A DNA stretch of 64,000 bases from NCBI GenBank assembly GCA_051252135.1, contig JBPOGH010000008.1, positions 96,001 through 160,000 on the forward strand, in the 5' to 3' direction. Shown piece after piece: positions 58,374 through 64,000 of the stretch; position 1 is the first letter of the stretch; every line of letters begins with the position of its first letter. The position numbers and the translations under genes were made by a program. The notes beneath the pieces were generated by a model. The model worked only from the letters and a program-made list of their open reading frames with translations, made no database searches and had not been told where the DNA came from. This DNA is from Verrucomicrobiaceae bacterium. Lineage in GTDB: Bacteria > Verrucomicrobiota > Verrucomicrobiia > Verrucomicrobiales > Akkermansiaceae.

Positions 58374-58457
58374 TCAGCGGATGATCGGGGGCAAACTGTT
58401 CCGCGATGATTCCAACCGTGCTCTGGACGCCACCGCAGTTTGAGCCTAGTCTGACGC

Positions 58458-60128
58458 GTGTCCCCTTTCAATCGAGTCCTCTGGCCCCTGCTCATCGTCC
58501 TCATCGGTTTTGCAGGTCCTCTCACCGCGCAGGAGAACAAGGACGCACCGGCCGATGCCGCACCGGAACTCAGCGATCAGCAAAAAACGCTCATCCTTCT
58601 CAACAAACGGCTCCTCCAACTCAGAGCCGACCTCAAGACTCTTCCCAAAAAATCATCCTCCCTCACTAAGGATGAAATCCTCCTCGAAGAACAACGTCTC
58701 AAGGAAGAAGTTCAGGAAACCCGCGACGAAATCTCAAAAATTGCCACCGGCGTCGACCTTTCCTCACTCGACGGCGTCAATGAGGAAGCCCTCGACCTCG
58801 CACGCGAGTTCTCCCTCGCCGTCGAACCCCTCATCCGTGAGTTTAAAGAGGTCACCTCCGACCAAAAGGAAACCGAAAAACTCCGCCAGGATGTCGGCAT
58901 CCTCACCGCCCAGTCAAACGCGGCAGAAGCCGCCGTCCAGAATCTAAAGGCCACCCTCGGGGAAACCACAGACCAGGATCTCAAAGCCACCCTTGAAGAC
59001 GAACTCACCCGCTGGGAGAAGCGGGCTCTGGAGCTCAGCACCAAGGTCCAGGCAACACGGTTTCAGCTGGAAGAACGCCTTCGCAACAAACCCACCATCC
59101 TTCAGGCTCTCTCCGACACCGTAGCCAACTTCTTCCGCAGCCGGGGGGCCCACCTCCTGTTCGCCCTCGCCGTATCAATCGCCATCTTCCTCCTCCTGCG
59201 CCTTGCCGGTCGATCCATCACCCGACTCCGCTCCAAAAAACAGGAACGTCACGTCACCTTCACCGAGCGCCTCCTCAGTCTCTCATACACCATTTTCACT
59301 CTCCTTGGGGCCATCGGAGCCTTTCTCCTGACCCTCTGGCTCGCAAACGATTGGGTCCTGCTCACCCTCGCGATCCTTCTTATCCTTGGCGCCATTTGGG
59401 CCGGAAAAAATACCGTTTCCCTCTATTTCGAACAAGCCAAGCTCATGCTCAACCTCGGAACCGTGCGGGCATGGGAGAGAGTCGTTTACGAGGGGATCTC
59501 CTGGGAAGTCCAGCGAATCGCTCCCTACACCACCCTCTGCAATCCCCAGCTCGATGGCGGCATGATCCGGCTCCCCCTGAGAGACCTCCAAGACCTCCAC
59601 TCACGGCCTACCAGCGAAAGCGAACTTTGGTTTCCCTGTGGCAAGGATGACTGGGTGGAACTTTCCGACGGAACCTTCGGCAAGGTCATCCAGCAGACTC
59701 CGGACTACGTCCACCTCGTCAAACTCGGCGGCACCCGCATGGTCATCCCCACGGCCGATTTCCTCTCTCTTCACCCTCAGAATCTCTCCAAGAACTACCG
59801 CATCCAGGTCATCTTTGGGATCGACTACGCCCATCAGGATATCGCCACCACCACCGTTCCTAAAATCTTCGAGGAAGCTCTCCGACAGGAATATCTCGAA
59901 CTATTGGGCAAGGACCAGGTCTTCAGCATCCGGGTCCTCTTCACCTCCGCTGGCGCTTCCTCGCTCGACTACCGCATCATCATCGATCTCACCGGCGAAC
60001 TCGCTCCCAGGCGCTCCGCTCTCCGTGATCTTGCCAGCACCGTATGTGTCAATGTCTGCAATGAACAAGGATGGGCCATCCCCTTCACACAGATCACGAT
60101 CCATCAGGCGGATGCCACTGCGAATTAG
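58458..60128 (+). CDS. MscS-like mechanosensitive channel with periplasmic coiled coil
   Basis: Signal peptide, long coiled coil, TM cluster; FGIDY, SSLD, IPFTQITIH C-terminus. Confidence 0.7.
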   Translation: MSPFNRVLWPLLIVLIGFAGPLTAQENKDAPADAAPELSDQQKTLILLNKRLLQLRADLKTLPKKSSSLTKDEILLEEQRLKEEVQETRDEISKIATGVDLSSLDGVNEEALDLAREFSLAVEPLIREFKEVTSDQKETEKLRQDVGILTAQSNAAEAAVQNLKATLGETTDQDLKATLEDELTRWEKRALELSTKVQATRFQLEERLRNKPTILQALSDTVANFFRSRGAHLLFALAVSIAIFLLLRLAGRSITRLRSKKQERHVTFTERLLSLSYTIFTLLGAIGAFLLTLWLANDWVLLTLAILLILGAIWAGKNTVSLYFEQAKLMLNLGTVRAWERVVYEGISWEVQRIAPYTTLCNPQLDGGMIRLPLRDLQDLHSRPTSESELWFPCGKDDWVELSDGTFGKVIQQTPDYVHLVKLGGTRMVIPTADFLSLHPQNLSKNYRIQVIFGIDYAHQDIATTTVPKIFEEALRQEYLELLGKDQVFSIRVLFTSAGASSLDYRIIIDLTGELAPRRSALRDLASTVCVNVCNEQGWAIPFTQITIHQADATAN

Positions 60129-60151
60129 GACAACGGGTCGCAATTCTGACC

Positions 60152-60814
60152 TCAGCCACGACGACGGCCCAAAAGAGAAACCGGGGCCATCAACAGCAAG
60201 AACACCGCGGAGGGCTCTGGCACCGTCACGAAAACATCACGGATGGCGTCGAAGCTTTCGGATGTAAAACTACTCGCCTCAATGACCTGAAGATCCGGAT
60301 CATCCACCATAAAATCCACCCCGTTGGGATTCCATCCCGATCCCACCCCGATGACAATCGGAACAATATCCCGGGTCTCAAGCGTGTCCCTGATTCCATT
60401 CATCTGGGCTGGTCCGAGACTGCCAAAACTCCCGTCGGTCACAAAGAACATCAACTTGGGAGTTTCGGCCGCGCTCTGACCATCAAAAAGTGATCCTGCA
60501 AAGTTGATCCCCGCCACCAAATCTCCCGCCTGGCCCGGATTAAAGATCAAGTTCCGCGCCACATTCGCAGCCACACCACGGTCCTGATTATCGGTGAATT
60601 GATGGGCTACGGTCCCGCTTGTGGTAAAATGGGCAATCGCTACTCGCTCCGATTCAGACAGCCCCGTTTCAATCACGCTCGCCGCAAATTCGATCCCTTG
60701 ATTCCAGCCCGCATTGCCGACTGATCCACTCGCATCATGGAGAAAAAGAATATCCTGTGCATACCCGGTAGAGATACCGGTAACCACGATCAACAAAGGA
60801 AAAGCAGCACGCAT
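60152..60814 (-). CDS. vWA-domain PEP-CTERM protein
   Basis: DILFLHDASGSV (MIDAS DxSxS), FVTDG, VIGVG; tail VPEPSAVFLLLMAPVSLLGRRRG. Confidence 0.9.
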   Translation of the reverse strand: MRAAFPLLIVVTGISTGYAQDILFLHDASGSVGNAGWNQGIEFAASVIETGLSESERVAIAHFTTSGTVAHQFTDNQDRGVAANVARNLIFNPGQAGDLVAGINFAGSLFDGQSAAETPKLMFFVTDGSFGSLGPAQMNGIRDTLETRDIVPIVIGVGSGWNPNGVDFMVDDPDLQVIEASSFTSESFDAIRDVFVTVPEPSAVFLLLMAPVSLLGRRRG

Positions 60815-60858
60815 TTTGTTCAAGAGTTTTAATTATATGGTTTTATGGATATTCTTCA

Positions 60859-62181
60859 ATGTCCGATTACTTCTCCCTCAATTCATGCCTCTCTTTTCCC
60901 AATGAAAGCACAGCCAAACCTTCGTTTTCCCGCCACCATGCCCCACACCTGACCAATCACTTCCAGCCCCTGCTTAAGCAATGGTGCGACGAGCCATTCC
61001 GACTCTTCTTCCCACTCGGCTTTTGCGCCTCCATCATCGGCGTCCTTCTTTGGCCAGCCTACTATCACGATCTCATCACCTTCTATCCCTTCGAAGCCCA
61101 CGCCCGCCTCATGGTCCTCGGCTTCGCCGGCTCTCTCATCACCGGTTTTCTGGGCACGGCCGGACCACGCCTGATCGGCAGCGCCCCTTGGTCCCTCTTC
61201 GAATTGATATGGCACAGCAGCATCGCCACCACGGTCATCCTCCTCCTTTGCTTCAATCACATCACCCCTGCCGATCTCTGCACCGGCTTTTGGTTCCTCG
61301 GCATCCTCGGCAGCATACTCTTCCGCCTCCTTCTGGATCGTCACGATGTCCCTCCCCCCGGCCTCCCCCTCGCTGCCCTCGGCCTTCTCCTCACCGCCCT
61401 TGCCGCCTTTACCCTCAGCCTCCACCCCATCATCCGCCTCAGCCATCCCGTCTATTCGTTCTGGCGCTTAACCTACTTTCAGGGCCTCCTCTGGCTTCCC
61501 ATCCTCGGCGTCGCCCCCTACCTCCTCCCTCGCTTCTTCAACCAATCCTCACCCCATTCCTTCAACGAATCCCTCACCATCCCCACCGGTTGGAAACCCC
61601 TCTTCGTCCGCACTCTCGCCATCGGTCTCCTCTTCCTCGCCACCTTCGCCATCGAGGGCTGGGTCCACCCCGCCGCCGGCCTCGCCCTCCGCGGCCTCAT
61701 CGTCGCAGCCTCCCTTTGGACTTCGGTCCCCGGCCTCTTCTCCCTCCAAAAAATCTCCGCCCTCGCCACCGCAACCCGCTGGGTCCCTCTCTGCGCTCTC
61801 GGCGGTTGGCTCCTCGCCTCCCTCTACCCCGCCCAACGCATCGGCATGATGCACCTCATGTTTATCGGTAGCGCCGGACTTCTCATGCTCTGCGCCGCCA
61901 CCAGAGTCATCCTCGGCCACAATGAACGCCACGATCGTCTCGCCACTCCCATGCGCTGGTTCCATCTCCTCACCGGACTCGTCCTCCTCACCGCCGCCAC
62001 CCGCCTGACCTCCGACTTCATCCTCACTGTAAGAATCACCCATTTTACCTACGCTTCCATCCTTTGGGTCGTCATCGTTCTGTTCTGGCGTTGGAAATTA
62101 CAACGCGAACTCCTCGCCCCGCGCGATCAGGACCCCGCCCCAAAGCGCAAATGCCCCCGCCGCCCCACTTCCAACCCATGA
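60859..62181 (+). CDS. nnrS: NnrS family membrane protein (start uncertain)
   Basis: EPFRLFFPLG, HARLM..GF...GFLGTAGPR, HL.FIG, ATRVILGH; upstream of a globin. Confidence 0.8.
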   Translation: MSDYFSLNSCLSFPNESTAKPSFSRHHAPHLTNHFQPLLKQWCDEPFRLFFPLGFCASIIGVLLWPAYYHDLITFYPFEAHARLMVLGFAGSLITGFLGTAGPRLIGSAPWSLFELIWHSSIATTVILLLCFNHITPADLCTGFWFLGILGSILFRLLLDRHDVPPPGLPLAALGLLLTALAAFTLSLHPIIRLSHPVYSFWRLTYFQGLLWLPILGVAPYLLPRFFNQSSPHSFNESLTIPTGWKPLFVRTLAIGLLFLATFAIEGWVHPAAGLALRGLIVAASLWTSVPGLFSLQKISALATATRWVPLCALGGWLLASLYPAQRIGMMHLMFIGSAGLLMLCAATRVILGHNERHDRLATPMRWFHLLTGLVLLTAATRLTSDFILTVRITHFTYASILWVVIVLFWRWKLQRELLAPRDQDPAPKRKCPRRPTSNP

Positions 62182-62654
62182 ATTCCCAACCTCCACGACC
62201 CGATCTCATCGATCGCGACGGCATCGAACTTCTCGTCAATTCGTTCTATGATACCGTCCGCGAAGACGACCAACTCGGCTTCATCTTCGATCAACTCGCC
62301 AAGGTCAACTGGGACGCCCACCTCCCAAAAATGTACTCCTTCTGGGAAACCGTCCTCTTCCGCAGCGGCGGCTACAAGGGCAACCCCATCGCCTCCCATG
62401 CCAAGCTCCTCCCCCTGACCGATCTCGGGAAAGACAAATTCGATCACTGGCTCGCCCTTTTCGAAGCCACCGTCGATCAACATTTTGCCGGTGAAAATGC
62501 CGACCACATCAAGCGCTGCGCCGCTGACATGGCGAATGTCATCTTTAGCAAAATCAACAACGTCCCCGACCCCCGCTTCGACCCCGCCAACCTCACCCCC
62601 GAACAAAAAGCCCGCTACGCCGCCTACCGAAAAAACCCGGAAAGCGAACAATAG
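62178..62654 (+). CDS. Group III truncated hemoglobin
   Basis: LVNSFY..VR.D..LGFIF, WDAHLPKM..FW, Y.GNP...H, F..WL.LF..TVD..F.G; ATGA-coupled to nnrS. Confidence 0.92.
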   Translation: MNSQPPRPDLIDRDGIELLVNSFYDTVREDDQLGFIFDQLAKVNWDAHLPKMYSFWETVLFRSGGYKGNPIASHAKLLPLTDLGKDKFDHWLALFEATVDQHFAGENADHIKRCAADMANVIFSKINNVPDPRFDPANLTPEQKARYAAYRKNPESEQ

Positions 62655-62686
62655 AAAACCCGGTCCCTCAAAAGAGACCGGGTTTC
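62655..62686. terminator. Bidirectional terminator-like hairpin
   Basis: AAACCCGGTC-cctcaaaaga-GACCGGGTTT between convergent genes. Confidence 0.7.
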
Positions 62687-62711
62687 CCACAAAAAACATC
62701 CACTGAAACAA

Positions 62712-63335
62712 TTAACGGCGCCGGCGGAATCCCAAAAGGATTCCCAATGCACCTAACAAAGCTGAAGAAGGCTCGGGTACGGCCTCCGTCGTCACCGTCG
62801 AAAACGCAAACCCCACCGGATTGGTCTGGGTCTGGCGCGAGACATCCAAGGTGAAGCTATTTAAGAGAGCCACATTCCCAAGAGCCACGAATGGCGAGTA
62901 GTTCGTGATCGCCCCATCGTGATAGGCCGTATCACCCACCAGCCCGCGTTGAACCTCCTGCAAATTGCTATCCCAAGCGCCACCCGATGAGCCAAAACTA
63001 AACTTCGGCCCGCGAATCGAACCCGCTGTCCCGGCAATCTTGAGACCCTCAAAACTCACTCCACTGGGGAGGGAAAAGGTGAGTTGCCCGCCTCCCGAAC
63101 CGATCGCCAGACTACCAAATCCACCGGATTCGGTAGATAAACCCTGATCGCCAAAGTCATAAAAATCACCTGCCGAAATCGGCTCCGTCCCTGTCACAGT
63201 CAGAAGGCCCCCTCCGGGTAGCAATGTGGTTAAAGTACTCGCGTCCACCTGGGTCCAATTCGAAACCCATGTTTGTGCAGATGCTGAAATTTGAAGTGCT
63301 AGTAGCACAACGATCGACCCCCCGGTTGTTTTCAT
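62712..63335 (-). CDS. PEP-CTERM protein
   Basis: Signal ASA-Q; tail AVPEPSSALLGALGILLGFRRRR. Confidence 0.92.
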   Translation of the reverse strand: MKTTGGSIVVLLALQISASAQTWVSNWTQVDASTLTTLLPGGGLLTVTGTEPISAGDFYDFGDQGLSTESGGFGSLAIGSGGGQLTFSLPSGVSFEGLKIAGTAGSIRGPKFSFGSSGGAWDSNLQEVQRGLVGDTAYHDGAITNYSPFVALGNVALLNSFTLDVSRQTQTNPVGFAFSTVTTEAVPEPSSALLGALGILLGFRRRR

Positions 63336-63655
63336 ACGCCGCAAAATCTCACATACAGCCCATCTTGTAAAGATTTCTTTACTATTTAGATATGCTTTCT
63401 AATTCACCCTTTCAAAACAAGTGAGATCCTCGGGTTTCATACCATCTGCTTCAAAAATTCCCAATACACTGGATGGGATATCTCAACTCACGCACTCCGG
63501 ATTCAACTTCGACCTTCAACTACCCATCCGATTTCCAAATCTCGCGTCCCTTCCCAAAGGGGCAATCATCCGAAAATCAAGGCGGCTTAAGCAATAAATT
63601 GGGAGTAACTTGATTTGAGAGTTTGCCCGCTCCGATTTTTGACCAAACTTGGCGC

Positions 63656-64000
63656 ATGAGAATTCTTCTCTTCTTGTTCACCTCCCTTGGTCTCCTCCAC
63701 GCCGAATCCTCTCTTTGGCTCCGCTATCCCGCCATCTCTCCGGATGGCAATACCATCGTTTTCACCCACGGGGCCGACCTCTACACCGTCCCCAGCACCG
63801 GCGGCGAAGCCACCCAGCTCACCCAACACATCACCCGGGAATACCACCCCGTCTGGTCTCGCGACGGCCAATGGATCGCCTTCGCCTCCGACCGCCACGG
63901 AAATGACGACGTCTTCCGCATCCCCGCCACCGGGGGAGCAGCCGAACGCCTCACCTTCCACTCCAATGACGACATCCCCTGGGCCTTCACCGCCGATGGT
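63656..64000 (+). CDS. Tricorn-like S41 protease N-terminus with PD40 repeats (runs off the window end)
   Basis: Not in the track; hand translation MRILLFLF...LWLRYPAISPDGNTIVF...PVWSRDGQWIAFASDRHGNDDVF...ERLTFHS. Confidence 0.85.
   Translation, partial: MRILLFLFTSLGLLHAESSLWLRYPAISPDGNTIVFTHGADLYTVPSTGGEATQLTQHITREYHPVWSRDGQWIAFASDRHGNDDVFRIPATGGAAERLTFHSNDDIPWAFTADG

Noticed and set aside
1..64000. tRNA, rRNA, CRISPR array, transposase, integrase or prophage
   Set aside because: None recognised by eye; Rfam and tRNAscan were not run

Overview
A GC-rich bacterial window, most consistent with Verrucomicrobiota (inferred from many PEP-CTERM proteins and secreted proteins ending in a '...F[FY]R' module). 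1-17.9 kb is a minus-strand exopolysaccharide/exosortase locus: sugar-nucleotide enzymes, FkbM, GT2, ABC flippase, Wzc, Wza, OM barrel, EpsI-like protein and exosortase. Directly upstream sit two paralogous membrane-anchored TPR-like proteins, interleaved with three paralogous secreted proteins that carry a non-canonical VPE-x4-LP-x6-PW-RRR tail. The rest holds two large convergent secreted proteins, queA, ppnP, a DUF3570-ApbE-DUF4266 flavinylation operon extended by an Ig-like protein and an MBOAT/SGNH pair, ugd/uxs, a degenerate GH20, a sialate O-acetylesterase, photolyase, rnc, a DUF4331/TPR cluster, nnrS with a group III truncated globin, and a partial tricorn-like protease. Top leads: (1) an exported FG-GAP protein with an in-frame UGA (W-U-C) followed by a SECIS-like hairpin, i.e. 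a candidate selenoprotein; (2) the same altered flavinylation motif DxL[S/T]GQT in both DUF3570 and the co-operonic Ig-like protein; (3) a putative dedicated exosortase/variant sorting-signal/TPR system; (4) a double pseudo-enzyme; (5) a ~10 kb block with reversed strand skew. All family calls come from motif recognition by eye, not from database searches.
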